A stretch of DNA of 64,000 nucleotides from Bacillota bacterium (GCA_029101005.1 JAQXQE010000015.1:58720-122719); one strand, 5' to 3'; positions 1 to 11,042 are shown, numbered from the stretch's first letter. Made by a program: numbers and translations. The notes: a model not told the origin generated them from the letters alone.

Positions 1-1
1 C

Positions 2-646
2 GTACATGCTGTGCTCACGAGTTCTTCATCAGAGCTCCTCAATGAACACAATGACGATTCAAAGTGCATAATGTATCATCTCAGTGGGGGAACTAGTGAG
101 ATTCTTCTATGCGAGAAAGATACTGAGGGCTATAGTACGGAGATCATAGGCGGAACCAAAGACATCAGCATAGGTCAGCTATTAGATAGAATCGGTGTAA
201 AGCTTGGCTTCCCATTCCCATCAGGTTCATATCTCGACAAGATTGCGTCGAAGATACTTGAAACAAGAGAAGGGAAGAAGTCATCTGTACAGATTAAGGC
301 AAAGGACTGCTACTTCAATCTCTCAGGTCTGGAGACTCAGGCTATGCGAATAATTGAAGCAGCATCAGAAGATGAGATAGAAAGCGAGATTGAAGAATAC
401 ATCGCTGACATTTTCATTGCTATAGCTAAACTCATCTTCAATACAGCAAACGAATCGGGTGCAAAATTCGGTGTTAACAAGGTATACATAGCTGGTGGAG
501 TTGCCGCAAGCAGCACCATCAGAGAACTGATTAAAGAATATAACGCTGGAGGCGATATCAGCATAATCTTTGGAGATGCAAGACTCTCTGGAGATAACGC
601 GGTTGGTATTGCCAGACTAGGACGAATCAATTACGAGAACAAATAG
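2..646 (+). CDS. TsaD/Kae1-like ASKHA-fold protein, C-terminal part (5' end lies outside the window)
   Basis: The frame is open from the window edge; the listed start at 11 is GTG and there is no upstream stop. GGTSEILL, YIAGGVAASSTIRE and GDNAVGIA blocks resemble the C-terminal half of TsaD/Kae1-family proteins. Confidence 0.5.
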   Translation, partial: VHAVLTSSSSELLNEHNDDSKCIMYHLSGGTSEILLCEKDTEGYSTEIIGGTKDISIGQLLDRIGVKLGFPFPSGSYLDKIASKILETREGKKSSVQIKAKDCYFNLSGLETQAMRIIEAASEDEIESEIEEYIADIFIAIAKLIFNTANESGAKFGVNKVYIAGGVAASSTIRELIKEYNAGGDISIIFGDARLSGDNAVGIARLGRINYENK

Positions 647-1786
647 ATGAAGAGCGTAAGCGTTACACAGCTTAATGAATATATAGCGAAGAAACTTCGC
701 GAGGATTATAGGCTACGCAACCTTGCAGTCGAAGGGGAGATCTCCGGCTTCAGCAGAAGTGGCAGACACTACTACCTGAACCTAAAGGATGCGAACAGCA
801 TAATCAAGTGTGCAATCTGGGATTCCAATGCACGTAATATTGACATGTCTCTCGTTAAGAACGGTGAGAAGATTATCGCAATAGGTGACATAAGTCCATA
901 TCCTAAGAATGGTAATTACTCATTCAGCATCAGACAGGTTGAGTCTATAGGTCAGGGTGAGCTGATGGCCGAGTTCAACAGAATTAAAGCCAAGCTCGAG
1001 AAGGAAGGCTTATTTGATCAGAAATACAAGAAGCCTATCCCTGAATTTCCGAAATGCATCGGCGTAGTTACTTCTGCTACAGGTGCGGCAATTACTGATA
1101 TCCGCGAGATTGTTACAGCTAAGAATAACTACACTGATTTGCTCATCTTCCCTACACTAGTTCAGGGAGTAGGTGCGCCAGCAAGTATTATTGATAGCAT
1201 CGAAACCGCGAACAGAGTTGCGAAAGAAAGACGCATCGACTTCCTCATCGTAGGACGAGGAGGCGGCCCTTCCGAGGAACTGGTAGCTTTCAATGACGAG
1301 GGCGTAGCGCGAGCGATTTTCGCTTCTGAATTGCCAATAATCTCTGCAGTTGGTCACGAGATTGACTTCTCGATATCAGACTTTGTCGCTGATGTAAGAG
1401 CTGCAACGCCAACAAAGGCAGCAGAGTTGGCAGTGCCAGATACTAATGAGCTCTATATGGAGATCGAAGAGAATCTCAGAAGACTCCATGAATCGGCATC
1501 TTACAAGATCAAGGCGGAGAGACAGTTGCTAGACAGCAGAATTCAACTTCTTCAGAGCAATATGAACAACAAGACTAACCAGGCACGAGCTATGGTTGAG
1601 AAGGCACTGATTTCAATTAGGGAGAATGATCCTCGAAATATCTTCTCAAAGGGTTACTCCGCAGTGCTTGATGATAACGAAATTATCGTCTCCTCAGTTG
1701 ACGATGTCAAAGAGGGCGAGACTTACAAGATAAAGATGAGAGACGGAAGCTTCAAAGCAGAAGTAGTCTCGAAAGAAAGGAACTGA
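647..1786 (+). CDS. xseA: Exodeoxyribonuclease VII large subunit
   Basis: N-terminal OB-fold-like region, the IVGRGGGPSEELVAFNDE motif typical of XseA, and a coiled-coil tail. It is followed directly by xseB. Confidence 0.9.
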   Translation: MKSVSVTQLNEYIAKKLREDYRLRNLAVEGEISGFSRSGRHYYLNLKDANSIIKCAIWDSNARNIDMSLVKNGEKIIAIGDISPYPKNGNYSFSIRQVESIGQGELMAEFNRIKAKLEKEGLFDQKYKKPIPEFPKCIGVVTSATGAAITDIREIVTAKNNYTDLLIFPTLVQGVGAPASIIDSIETANRVAKERRIDFLIVGRGGGPSEELVAFNDEGVARAIFASELPIISAVGHEIDFSISDFVADVRAATPTKAAELAVPDTNELYMEIEENLRRLHESASYKIKAERQLLDSRIQLLQSNMNNKTNQARAMVEKALISIRENDPRNIFSKGYSAVLDDNEIIVSSVDDVKEGETYKIKMRDGSFKAEVVSKERN

Positions 1787-1787
1787 T

Positions 1788-1988
1788 ATGGCAGATAAGA
1801 CTTTTACAGAGGCACTCAATATTCTTCAGAAGGCTGCAAGTGATATCGGCAAGCAGGCAACAAGCCTCGAAGATTCACTCAGGCTCTACGAAGAAGGGAT
1901 TAAGGAAGCTGAATTCTGCAAGGAGATACTCGACAGTGCAGAGCAGCGTATACTGATATATCAGAATGGCGGTGAGATCGATGCTTAA
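1788..1988 (+). CDS. xseB: Exodeoxyribonuclease VII small subunit
   Basis: 66-aa helical protein (FTEALNILQK...SLEDSLRLYEEGIKEAEFCKEIL) starting 2 nt after the xseA stop. Confidence 0.85.
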   Translation: MADKTFTEALNILQKAASDIGKQATSLEDSLRLYEEGIKEAEFCKEILDSAEQRILIYQNGGEIDA

Positions 1989-2871
1989 GTACGATGAATA
2001 CAAAGACATAATCAACGAAAGACTTACAGATTTCTTCCCAGAAATTGAGCCTTTCGCAGCTACAATCGGCAAGGCTATGGAGTACAGCCTAAGAGTAGGA
2101 GGTAAAAGACTCCGTCCAGTTCTTCTCCTCTCAGCTTGCGACTTTGCGGGAGGTAACATCGAAGAAGCACTGCCATATGCATGCTCACTCGAGTACATCC
2201 ACACATACTCACTGATCCACGATGATCTTCCAGCAATGGATAATGACGACCTCAGAAGAGGTAAGCCAACTAACCACATGGTCTTCGGTGAGAATATGGC
2301 TATACTCGCAGGAGACGGCCTTCTTAACACAGCTGCCGAGACAATGGCAAGAGATCTGTCAAAGTACTACGATAATCCTGAGAAGATGGTTAACCACGCA
2401 AAGGCTGGACTTGCAATCATCGAGGGTGCCGGCGTAAGGGGAATGATTGCTGGACAGGTTGCAGATGTTGAGAATCAGTACAACGCAGCAACAGCGGAGC
2501 TCGTCCAGTTCATCGAAGATAACAAGACTGGCGCACTTCTCACTTGCCCAGTTATAGCTGGAATGCACATAGCAGGTGCTGATGAGCACATGATTGAACA
2601 GTTCAGCATCTATGCTAACAGACTCGGAATTGCCTTCCAGATTGCAGATGATATTCTCGATTATGAGGGCGATGAGGAACTGATGGGCAAGAAGCTCAAC
2701 AAGGATCAGGATGCAGGTAAGTGCAATTACGTATGCGTTCACGGTATGGATGCTGCTAAGGCAAAGCTTCATCAGCTAACTGAGGAAGCAAAAGAAGCAA
2801 TCGCTGAGTACGGTGATGATGCACAGTTCTTCGTTGAACTAGTGGCTAAACTTGAAACAAGAAAGGCATAA
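1966..2871 (+). CDS. ispA: Polyprenyl (farnesyl/geranylgeranyl) diphosphate synthase
   Basis: First and second Asp-rich motifs are present (LIHDDLPAMDNDDLRRG and FQIADDILD). An alternative start is ATG 1981, which overlaps the xseB stop as ATGCTTAA. Confidence 0.85.
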   Translation: MAVRSMLKYDEYKDIINERLTDFFPEIEPFAATIGKAMEYSLRVGGKRLRPVLLLSACDFAGGNIEEALPYACSLEYIHTYSLIHDDLPAMDNDDLRRGKPTNHMVFGENMAILAGDGLLNTAAETMARDLSKYYDNPEKMVNHAKAGLAIIEGAGVRGMIAGQVADVENQYNAATAELVQFIEDNKTGALLTCPVIAGMHIAGADEHMIEQFSIYANRLGIAFQIADDILDYEGDEELMGKKLNKDQDAGKCNYVCVHGMDAAKAKLHQLTEEAKEAIAEYGDDAQFFVELVAKLETRKA

Positions 2872-2874
2872 GCT

Positions 2875-4740
2875 ATGAAATATGATCTCGAAAGAGACAA
2901 TTTAATAGAGATAGTCAAGAATTCTGATTACAAAGAGTTGGAGTTTCTAGCTGACGATATCAGAAGTTTTCTGATAGATAAGGTTTCGGAAACTGGTGGA
3001 CATCTTGCTTCAAACCTGGGTGTTGTTGAGCTTACAATGGCGCTTCACCGCGTGTTCAACAGCCCAGAGGACCGCATCGTATTTGATGTTGGACACCAGG
3101 CTTATGTGCACAAGATTCTCACTGGAAGAGCAGATCAATTCGACACTCTAAGACAGTATAAGGGTATGAGTGGCTTCCCTAAGTCAAGAGAAAGTGTACA
3201 TGATGCTTATGAGACTGGACACAGCAGCACTTCAATCAGTGCGGCTCTTGGTATGGCAACAGCAAGAGATCTTCAAGGAGAAAACTACGATGTTGTAGCA
3301 GTAATCGGAGACGGTTCATTGACTGGTGGTCTTGTATACGAAGCTCTCAACAATCTCGGAGCATCCAAGACCAATATGAAGATCATTCTCAATGACAATG
3401 GTATGTCCATCTCACACAATGTTGGTGGACTCACAACACATCTGTCTAATCTGAGAACTTCATCAAACTACATCAAAGCTAAGAATTCTATCAATTCTAA
3501 GCTTGATAGCACTAGTGTCGGCAAGACTATCAGAGGCGGACTTCACGCGACTAAGGACAGAATCAAGCATTCTGTAATTGGAGACGAGGGTTCACTCTTC
3601 GAGCATCTCGGAATCAAATATTTCGGCCCATTCGATGGACACGATATCGAAGGACTCTGCAATGCTATGGAGGCAAGCAAACTCATCAACAAGCCTGTAA
3701 TTATCCATGTAATTACCACTAAGGGTAAGGGCTACACTTGGGCTGAGAAATATCCTCGCAAGTTCCATGGAATCGCTTCATTTGATATTGAGACTGGCGA
3801 TATTGTCAGCAAATCAGACGCACCAAGCTATTCCAAGGTGTTCGGTGAGACAGTAACAGAGATAGCTGCAAATAACGACAAGGTCGTTGCAATTGCAGCT
3901 GCTATGGGAACAGCTACTGGACTCGGTCCATTCTATGACAACTTCCCAGAACGTTACTTCGATGTAGGAATCGCCGAGGAGCACGCTACAGTATTTGCAG
4001 CAGGACTTGCTAAAAGCGGACAGATTCCAGTCCTTGCGATATACTCAAGCTTTATGCAGAGAGCAATTGATATGATCATCGAGGATATCTGTCTTCAGAA
4101 CCTGCACGTGGTATTTGCACTTGATAGAGCAGGACTTGTCGGAGCTGATGGTGAGACTCACCACGGTCAGTTTGACCTCTCATATCTGACAATGATTCCA
4201 AATGTCACAGTACTTGCACCAGCTGATGGAGACCAGCTCAAAGATATGCTCGATTATGCTATCAATGAGCTTGATGGACCAGTAGCTATCAGATATCCAA
4301 GAGGATCATCAGTCGGAGAACACGAATCATTAGGAGAGTTCAAGGGTTCAAATATCACAATGAGCGAGGGAAGCGATATCACAATTCTCGCTGTTGGAGC
4401 TATGCTCGATGAGGCCAAGAAGGCTGCAACTGAGCTCAGAGCTAAGGGTTACAGCACAGGTGTTCGCAACATCGCCGTAGTGAAGCCTATGGACCTGAGC
4501 CTCGCTGAGATTGATACAAAGCTTATTATTACTGTTGAAGATAACGGTCTAAACGGTGGCTTCGGCCAGGCATTTGCCGCGTACTGCAAGTCAGCAGGTT
4601 CTAAGGCAGATGTTATGACGGTTGCTATTCCAGACAGCTTCATTGAGCACGGCAGTGTAAGCCAGCTCAGAGTAGAATGCGGCATCGACGCTGCATCAAT
4701 TGTGAAAGGAGCAGTTGAGCATTTTGAAAGAAAGGCTTGA
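2875..4740 (+). CDS. dxs: 1-deoxy-D-xylulose-5-phosphate synthase
   Basis: 621 aa. It carries GGHLASNLGVVELT and the thiamine-diphosphate motif IGDGSLTGG...LNDNGMSI, plus transketolase-like C-terminal domains. Confidence 0.95.
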   Translation: MKYDLERDNLIEIVKNSDYKELEFLADDIRSFLIDKVSETGGHLASNLGVVELTMALHRVFNSPEDRIVFDVGHQAYVHKILTGRADQFDTLRQYKGMSGFPKSRESVHDAYETGHSSTSISAALGMATARDLQGENYDVVAVIGDGSLTGGLVYEALNNLGASKTNMKIILNDNGMSISHNVGGLTTHLSNLRTSSNYIKAKNSINSKLDSTSVGKTIRGGLHATKDRIKHSVIGDEGSLFEHLGIKYFGPFDGHDIEGLCNAMEASKLINKPVIIHVITTKGKGYTWAEKYPRKFHGIASFDIETGDIVSKSDAPSYSKVFGETVTEIAANNDKVVAIAAAMGTATGLGPFYDNFPERYFDVGIAEEHATVFAAGLAKSGQIPVLAIYSSFMQRAIDMIIEDICLQNLHVVFALDRAGLVGADGETHHGQFDLSYLTMIPNVTVLAPADGDQLKDMLDYAINELDGPVAIRYPRGSSVGEHESLGEFKGSNITMSEGSDITILAVGAMLDEAKKAATELRAKGYSTGVRNIAVVKPMDLSLAEIDTKLIITVEDNGLNGGFGQAFAAYCKSAGSKADVMTVAIPDSFIEHGSVSQLRVECGIDAASIVKGAVEHFERKA

Positions 4741-5527
4741 TGTAATACTTGTCGAGAAACGGCTCTGCGAGTCACGAGACAAGGCTAAAAGAACAATTAT
4801 GGCTGGACTTGTCATGGTTGACGGCAAAGTCGAGGACAAGCCAGGCAAGACATTTGATACAGAATGTGAATTCACACTCAAGGAGAAACTCTGCCCATAC
4901 GTGAGCAGGGGAGGACTCAAGCTTGAGAAAGCTATCGATGAGTTCAATATCTCCGCTAAGGACGCAGTATGTGTCGACATGGGAGCCTCCACCGGAGGTT
5001 TTACCGACTGCATGCTGCAGAACGGAGCTGTCAAGGTATACGCCATCGACGTAGGATATGGCCAGCTCGACTACAAACTCCGTGTTGATCCTCGCGTAAT
5101 CAATATGGAGAAGACCAACATCAGATATCTCGATACGGATCTCATCGAAGAGCCTATCAATCTGATCTCAATCGATGTTTCTTTCATCTCGGTTAAGCAT
5201 ATGCTTCCAGTTGCCGCTAAGATTCTCGCTGATGATGGAGTGGTTCTCTGTCTCATCAAACCTCAGTTCGAAGCTGGAAGAGAGCAGGTCGGTAAGAAGG
5301 GAATCGTCAAAGACCACAAGGTTCACAGCGAGGTAATCAACAAGGTTATCGGCTATGGTAAGGAGAACGGACTTGCCGCTGTAGGACTCACATATTCGCC
5401 TGTTAAGGGCACAAAAGGTAATATAGAGTATCTCTGTTGCTTCGTACCTGAATCGTCCGTTACAGAGGAAATCACGCTTGATCCAGAGGCAGTTGTTGAA
5501 CTGTCACACTCATCTCTGGACGAATAG
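4715..5527 (+). CDS. tlyA: TlyA-family rRNA (cytidine-2'-O)-methyltransferase
   Basis: S4-like N-terminus (ERLDVILVEKRLCESRDKAKRTIMAG) and an FtsJ-type SAM motif (VDMGASTGGFTDCML). It has a TTG start with AAGGAG 4 nt upstream and overlaps the dxs 3' end. Confidence 0.8.
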   Translation: MSILKERLDVILVEKRLCESRDKAKRTIMAGLVMVDGKVEDKPGKTFDTECEFTLKEKLCPYVSRGGLKLEKAIDEFNISAKDAVCVDMGASTGGFTDCMLQNGAVKVYAIDVGYGQLDYKLRVDPRVINMEKTNIRYLDTDLIEEPINLISIDVSFISVKHMLPVAAKILADDGVVLCLIKPQFEAGREQVGKKGIVKDHKVHSEVINKVIGYGKENGLAAVGLTYSPVKGTKGNIEYLCCFVPESSVTEEITLDPEAVVELSHSSLDE

Positions 5528-5554
5528 AATACACAACAAAGGAAGAGGTTAAGA

Positions 5555-8182
5555 ATGGCATTATCACCAATGATGCAGCAGTATCAGACAATCAAGGAGC
5601 AGTACAAAGACTGTCTTCTTATGTTCAGGCTCGGAGATTTCTACGAGCTCTTCTTTGATGATGCCTTAACTGCCTCAAGAGAACTCGAGCTCACACTCAC
5701 AGGTCGTAACTGCGGCCTCGAGGAGAAGGCTCCAATGTGCGGAGTACCACACCACGCAGTGGACTCATACATTAACAAACTGGTGCGCAACGGTTATAAG
5801 GTTGCAATCTGTGAGCAGATGGAAGACCCAGCAACTGCCAAGGGAATCGTCGAAAGAGATGTAATCAGAGTCATCACACCTGGAACAATGGATGCATCTG
5901 GCGGCAGCGACGCAGACGATAATATCTACATCGCATCAGTATTCTGCAACGACGAGCAGACAGCCCTCGCAGTAGCGGACATCTCCACCGGAGAGCTTTT
6001 TGCACTCGACTTCACTGACGAGACAGGCGACAAGCTCGCATCAGAGCTCGCAAGATACGCTCCTAAGGAGCTTATAACCTCGGTAAAATGCGCTGAGCGC
6101 GCAGGCTATTCTGCTGAGGCTTCCATGCTCTCGCCATATATCTCATCATTCGAGGAACCTTACTACCAGCTCAAGGCATGTAGCGAGACAATACTCAATC
6201 ATTTCGAGACTACAGCACTAATGTCCCTCGGTATCGACGGAAAAAACGAGCTCGTATGCGCTGTCGGCTCGCTTCTCATGTACCTGATTGATACACAGAA
6301 GCAGGCACCATCGCAGATTAAGTCTCTTGAGATTAAGAGTCTCAATAATACAATGCAGCTCGACCGCTCGACAATGAGAAACCTGGAGCTGCTCGAAACA
6401 ATATTTGACCACGACGTTCATGGATCTCTCTTCGGTGTCCTGAACAAGACTAGAACAGCAATGGGAGCAAGACTTCTTCGCTCGTTCCTGAAGGAGCCAC
6501 TCAAGGATGCAGCTGAGATCAACAGAAGACTCGAGGCTGTATCAGAGCTCAAGTCAAATAGCATGATTGCTAACAATATCGGCAATGCTCTTAAGCAGGT
6601 ATATGACTTCCAGAGACTGACTGCAAGAATCGCAAGCAGAAGAGCTAATGCCAGAGATCTGATTGCACTCAAGACAACTCTTGCACAGCTTCCAGGTATC
6701 ATCGACCAGCTTGACTATCTCGATGCACCGCTTCTTAATGACATAAGAAATGACATTGACGATTTCTCAGAGCTTCACCTGATGATCGACAAGGCACTCG
6801 TTGAAGAACCACCGTTCGTTATTACTGATGGTGGACTCATCAGAGCTGGCTATTCCGAGGAACTTGATAATCTCAAAGCTTCAATCAAGGATGCTAAACA
6901 TTGGATTGCAGGACTTGAGGCAAGCGAGAGAGAAAGAACAGGCATCAAGACTATCAAGGTCGGCTTCAACAAAGTCTTCGGATATTACCTCGATGTCAGC
7001 AAGGGTATGGCAGACAAGGTTCCTGACGACTATATCCGAAAGCAGACACTTGTTAACAATGAGAGATACATCACGCCTGAACTCAAAGAGAAGGAGAGCC
7101 TGGTTCTCTCAGCAGAAACTAAGATTAATTCAATTGAGCACGAGCTCTTCAAGGAACTCAGATCATCAATTGAGCCATATATAGACAGACTTCAGTGTGC
7201 TTCCGCAAAGGTTGCACTCCTCGATGTTATGCTTTCTTTCGCAAGAGTTGCTAACGAGAACAATTACGTTCGTCCAATCGTCAACGATTCATGCGTACTC
7301 AATATCGAGAACGGAAGGCATCCATCAGTAGAGAAGATGATTGGCTCTGGTATGTTTATTTCCAATAACACTGTTATGGACAATGAATCCAGAAATATGC
7401 TCATCATCACTGGTCCTAATATGGCCGGCAAATCAACCTATATGAGACAGACAGCTCTCATAGTTCTGATGGCCCAGATTGGCTGCTATGTGCCAGCTGA
7501 CAAGGCAGAGATTGGTGTTGTCGACAGGGTATTTACTCGTATAGGCGCATCAGACAATCTCTCATATGGACAATCCACATTCTTCATCGAGATGAGCGAG
7601 CTCGCCAATATTCTCAGAAATGCTACTGATCGAAGCCTCATCATTCTCGACGAGATAGGACGTGGAACTAGTACTTTCGACGGTCTCTCAATCGCATGGG
7701 CTACTGTCGAGTATCTCTGTAAGGAGAACAGACACATCAGAACAATGTTCGCAACTCACTACCACGAGCTCACAGCTCTCAGCAATGCATATCCTTCAAT
7801 ATGCAATCTCTCAGTTGCAGTTGCTGAGGAGAACAGCAATATCGTCTTCCTCCACAACATTGTTGAAGGACCTGCGAGCAAGAGCTACGGTATTCACGTT
7901 GCAAAGATTGCTGGAATTCCAAGCGAGATAAGAAATAATGCTATGACTAAACTTAGAGAGCTTGAAGCAAGTGAGAGCCATGATACAGGTTCTGGACTTC
8001 AGCTCAGCCTCATAGACTACGGTGCTCTGAGAGAAGATGAGCCATCGTCAGATAATGTAGAGCTCAATGCATTCGCAGAGCGCGTAGCATCAGTAGATCT
8101 CAATGTACTCACACCTCTTAATGCGATGAATCTTCTTGCAGATATTATAGAGGAGGCTAAGGCACTCGGAGGTGATAAATAA
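5555..8182 (+). CDS. mutS: DNA mismatch repair protein MutS
   Basis: SPMMQQY N-terminus, Walker A GPNMAGKSTYMRQ, and the FATHYHEL motif; 875 aa. Confidence 0.97.
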   Translation: MALSPMMQQYQTIKEQYKDCLLMFRLGDFYELFFDDALTASRELELTLTGRNCGLEEKAPMCGVPHHAVDSYINKLVRNGYKVAICEQMEDPATAKGIVERDVIRVITPGTMDASGGSDADDNIYIASVFCNDEQTALAVADISTGELFALDFTDETGDKLASELARYAPKELITSVKCAERAGYSAEASMLSPYISSFEEPYYQLKACSETILNHFETTALMSLGIDGKNELVCAVGSLLMYLIDTQKQAPSQIKSLEIKSLNNTMQLDRSTMRNLELLETIFDHDVHGSLFGVLNKTRTAMGARLLRSFLKEPLKDAAEINRRLEAVSELKSNSMIANNIGNALKQVYDFQRLTARIASRRANARDLIALKTTLAQLPGIIDQLDYLDAPLLNDIRNDIDDFSELHLMIDKALVEEPPFVITDGGLIRAGYSEELDNLKASIKDAKHWIAGLEASERERTGIKTIKVGFNKVFGYYLDVSKGMADKVPDDYIRKQTLVNNERYITPELKEKESLVLSAETKINSIEHELFKELRSSIEPYIDRLQCASAKVALLDVMLSFARVANENNYVRPIVNDSCVLNIENGRHPSVEKMIGSGMFISNNTVMDNESRNMLIITGPNMAGKSTYMRQTALIVLMAQIGCYVPADKAEIGVVDRVFTRIGASDNLSYGQSTFFIEMSELANILRNATDRSLIILDEIGRGTSTFDGLSIAWATVEYLCKENRHIRTMFATHYHELTALSNAYPSICNLSVAVAEENSNIVFLHNIVEGPASKSYGIHVAKIAGIPSEIRNNAMTKLRELEASESHDTGSGLQLSLIDYGALREDEPSSDNVELNAFAERVASVDLNVLTPLNAMNLLADIIEEAKALGGDK

Positions 8183-10089
8183 TGATCAAAGTACTCGACA
8201 GCTTTATAGCTGACAAAATCGCCGCTGGCGAGGTCATTGAGCGCCCGGTTTCAATCGTCAAGGAACTCGTTGAGAACTCAGTCGATGCCAATGCAAGCAG
8301 CATCATCGTAGAGATACGCAACGGTGGCAAATCATACATACGCGTGACAGACAATGGTTGCGGAATCCCTGCGGATGAGCTCGAAACTGCTTTTCTAAGA
8401 CACGCTACAGGCAAGATCTCGACTCTCGACGATCTCAACAATATAGAGACACTCGGATTCAGAGGCGAGGCACTTGCTAGCATCTCAGCTGTTTCAAGAC
8501 TCACAGTAGTAACAAGAGACCGCGAATCCTCTGCAGGAACCAAGCTCACAATGCACGGTGGCCAGAAAGTCTCTAAGGATACAGTTGGTGCAAACCAGGG
8601 AACAACACTCATCGTCGAGGATGTTTTCTATAACATTCCGGCACGACGCAAGTTTATGGCAAGCGATGCACGTGAGGCTGCTGCAATTATCGACCTCATC
8701 CAGAAACTCGCAATATACTACTCAAACATAAGTTTCAGACTGATTAACAACGGTCAGAACACACTTTCGACAGAGGGCGATGGGGATTATGCTAAGACAA
8801 TTCGAAGCATATATCCAACGAAAGAGTTCCGAGATCTCATTCGCATCGAAGCTGATGGCGTTCACGGATTCATTTCCAATCCAGGAGTTACCAAGACGAA
8901 CCGCCGTGGACAGATCTTCTTCGTCAATGGCCGTATCGTAAGCAGCAAGGTCATTGAGACTGGCATAATCAAGGGCTACGGTGACCGCGTATTCAGCGGT
9001 TTCCCAATTACAATTATTTTCCTCGATGTCGAGCCTCAGAGCATTGATGTCAATATTCATCCTGGCAAGAAGCAGGTAAAATTTCTCTACGAGGATGATG
9101 TTGTGCGCAAGCTTGCTGCAGCCATCAGTTCTGCTATGGCCTCTAAGGCGTCCATTCCTTCTGCCGATGTCAAGGCTCCAGTTAAGGAAGCAATTCCAGT
9201 TGATAAGCCTGTCATCAAGGAGAAGACTGAACAGCTTGGTATGAGGGAATTCCTCAGTAAGCTCAATAATGAGGATAAGCCAGTTGACAAACCCGTAGCT
9301 AAGCCTGCGACTGAGACCAAAGTTCATGCTGAGCCGGAGAAGCTCGCAGAACGAAAGCCATTTTACGCGGATTATAAGGCAGAATCTAAGCCTTCGCCTA
9401 AACCTATACCTCAGCCAAAGCCTGCTCACGTTGAAGAGCCTGTTGTAGAAGAAACAGCTGTTCCTGAGGTTAAGGAAGAGATACTGATTGAGGAGAAGTA
9501 TGCTAGTTCGAAACCTTTCAGCTTTGCTGAACTCAAGTATGCGGGCTATTTCTTCAATGCTTATATTCTCATGCAGGCAGGGGAGAACCTTTACATACTT
9601 GATCAACACGCGGCTCACGAGAGGGTTTTCTATGAGAAGCTGGTCGATGAGTACAACAGGGCTGAACAGAAGCCACAGCCAATTCTGACACCGATTATTA
9701 TCGAAACTAGTCAGGATGTGTATAATAAAGAGAGGGATTGGATGGAAGCCCTCTGCAGGATGGGATACGATATTGAGGATTTCGGTGCAGGAAGCTTTAT
9801 AATCAAGGGTATTCCAGAATTCATGAGCCTCGGTGAGGCACATGATTTCGCGAGCACATATATAGAGGATGCTGATTCCTACAGCAGGAACAGCATTGTC
9901 ATCGACAAGCTCATAACCAAATCCTGCAAATCCGCTGTAAAGGCTAATGACGCCCTTAGTAACAGCGAGATAAGAGCTCTGCTCGACAAGCTCAGCGAAT
10001 GCCGCAATCCATTCAGCTGCCCACACGGCAGACCGACATTCGTCAAAGTCAGCAAATACGAAATCGAACGCGCATTCAGGCGCAAGTAA
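8182..10089 (+). CDS. mutL: DNA mismatch repair endonuclease MutL
   Basis: GHKL ATPase blocks (AAGEVIERP, GFRGEALASI), a Pro/Lys-rich linker, and C-terminal QHAAHERVFYE and CPHGRPT endonuclease motifs. Its start overlaps the mutS stop (ATGA). Confidence 0.95.
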   Translation: MIKVLDSFIADKIAAGEVIERPVSIVKELVENSVDANASSIIVEIRNGGKSYIRVTDNGCGIPADELETAFLRHATGKISTLDDLNNIETLGFRGEALASISAVSRLTVVTRDRESSAGTKLTMHGGQKVSKDTVGANQGTTLIVEDVFYNIPARRKFMASDAREAAAIIDLIQKLAIYYSNISFRLINNGQNTLSTEGDGDYAKTIRSIYPTKEFRDLIRIEADGVHGFISNPGVTKTNRRGQIFFVNGRIVSSKVIETGIIKGYGDRVFSGFPITIIFLDVEPQSIDVNIHPGKKQVKFLYEDDVVRKLAAAISSAMASKASIPSADVKAPVKEAIPVDKPVIKEKTEQLGMREFLSKLNNEDKPVDKPVAKPATETKVHAEPEKLAERKPFYADYKAESKPSPKPIPQPKPAHVEEPVVEETAVPEVKEEILIEEKYASSKPFSFAELKYAGYFFNAYILMQAGENLYILDQHAAHERVFYEKLVDEYNRAEQKPQPILTPIIIETSQDVYNKERDWMEALCRMGYDIEDFGAGSFIIKGIPEFMSLGEAHDFASTYIEDADSYSRNSIVIDKLITKSCKSAVKANDALSNSEIRALLDKLSECRNPFSCPHGRPTFVKVSKYEIERAFRRK

Positions 10090-10104
10090 ATTGGGAGATC
10101 ATCT

Positions 10105-11031
10105 ATGAATAATAAAGTAATTATCATATCAGGACCGACAGCTGTAGGTAAGAGTGCCGTAGCTATTGAACTTGCTAAGCAGATCGGAGGAGAGATTATC
10201 AACTGCGATTCCGTTCAGCTCTACAAGTATATGGACATCGGAAGCGCTAAGCCAACAGCAGAAGAGATGGAAGCTGTTCCGCATCATCTCTTCGGAATCG
10301 TTGAGCCGGATTACGATATTACAGTAGCAACTTATCAGAAGCTTGCTCTTACTGTAATCGATAATATTCTCTCTAGAGGCAAGACTCCAATCGTTGTTGG
10401 AGGAACTGGACTCTACCTCAACTCAATCGTGTATGATATGGATTTCGGCGGTCCTCAGGACAGAGTAAGCGAGGAATCCATCGCAAGACGCAAGGAGCTC
10501 GAGGAGATGGCCGATAAGATGGGTGGGGAGTATATGCACGCATACCTCGAGGGAATAGATCCTGAGGCAGCTGCAAGAATCCATCCTAACAATATCCGTA
10601 AGCTCGTAAGAGCTATCGAGGCTTTCGAGTCAGGTGAGGGAATCAAGTCAATGGACAAGATTAAGCTCAACACCAAGTACGACTTCGACTTCTATGTCCT
10701 CAATATGGATAGGGAGCTTCTCTACAATAAGATCAACAGAAGATGCATCATGCTCGTCAAGGCAGGACTCTTTAACGAGGTTAAAGGACTTCTCGACAGA
10801 GGCTACTCAATGGAGAATTCCTCAATGAAGGCAATCGGATACAAGGAGATTGTTGAATACTTCAACGGTAAATGCGACCAGCGCACAGCAGTTGAGAACA
10901 TGATGAAGAATACACGTCGTTTCGCTAAGAGACAGCAGACATGGTTCAAGCGCTATGATTTTGCTAAGTGGATCAATGTCGAGCAGGAAGACACCATCGG
11001 TACAGTACTCGATAAGATGAAGAACGCTTAA
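10105..11031 (+). CDS. miaA: tRNA dimethylallyltransferase
   Basis: P-loop IISGPTAVGKS, DSVQLYKYMDIGSAKP, and the conserved RRFAKRQQTWFKR C-terminal block. Confidence 0.93.
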   Translation: MNNKVIIISGPTAVGKSAVAIELAKQIGGEIINCDSVQLYKYMDIGSAKPTAEEMEAVPHHLFGIVEPDYDITVATYQKLALTVIDNILSRGKTPIVVGGTGLYLNSIVYDMDFGGPQDRVSEESIARRKELEEMADKMGGEYMHAYLEGIDPEAAARIHPNNIRKLVRAIEAFESGEGIKSMDKIKLNTKYDFDFYVLNMDRELLYNKINRRCIMLVKAGLFNEVKGLLDRGYSMENSSMKAIGYKEIVEYFNGKCDQRTAVENMMKNTRRFAKRQQTWFKRYDFAKWINVEQEDTIGTVLDKMKNA

Positions 11032-11042
11032 GAAGGGGCTTA

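Noticed and set aside
8722-10026. 434-aa ORF antisense to mutL, the longest unexplained ORF in the track
   Set aside because: It is codon-aligned with the mutL frame, so it only requires mutL to avoid TTA, CTA and TCA codons over this stretch. Reading the DNA, it does: Ser is encoded by AGC, TCT, TCC and TCG here. The translation is low-complexity and Leu/Arg/Phe-rich with no motif, RBS or promoter. The local shift in synonymous codon choice (more AGG, ATA and NCG) is mildly odd. It could reflect mosaic mutL ancestry, but I cannot quantify that by eye.
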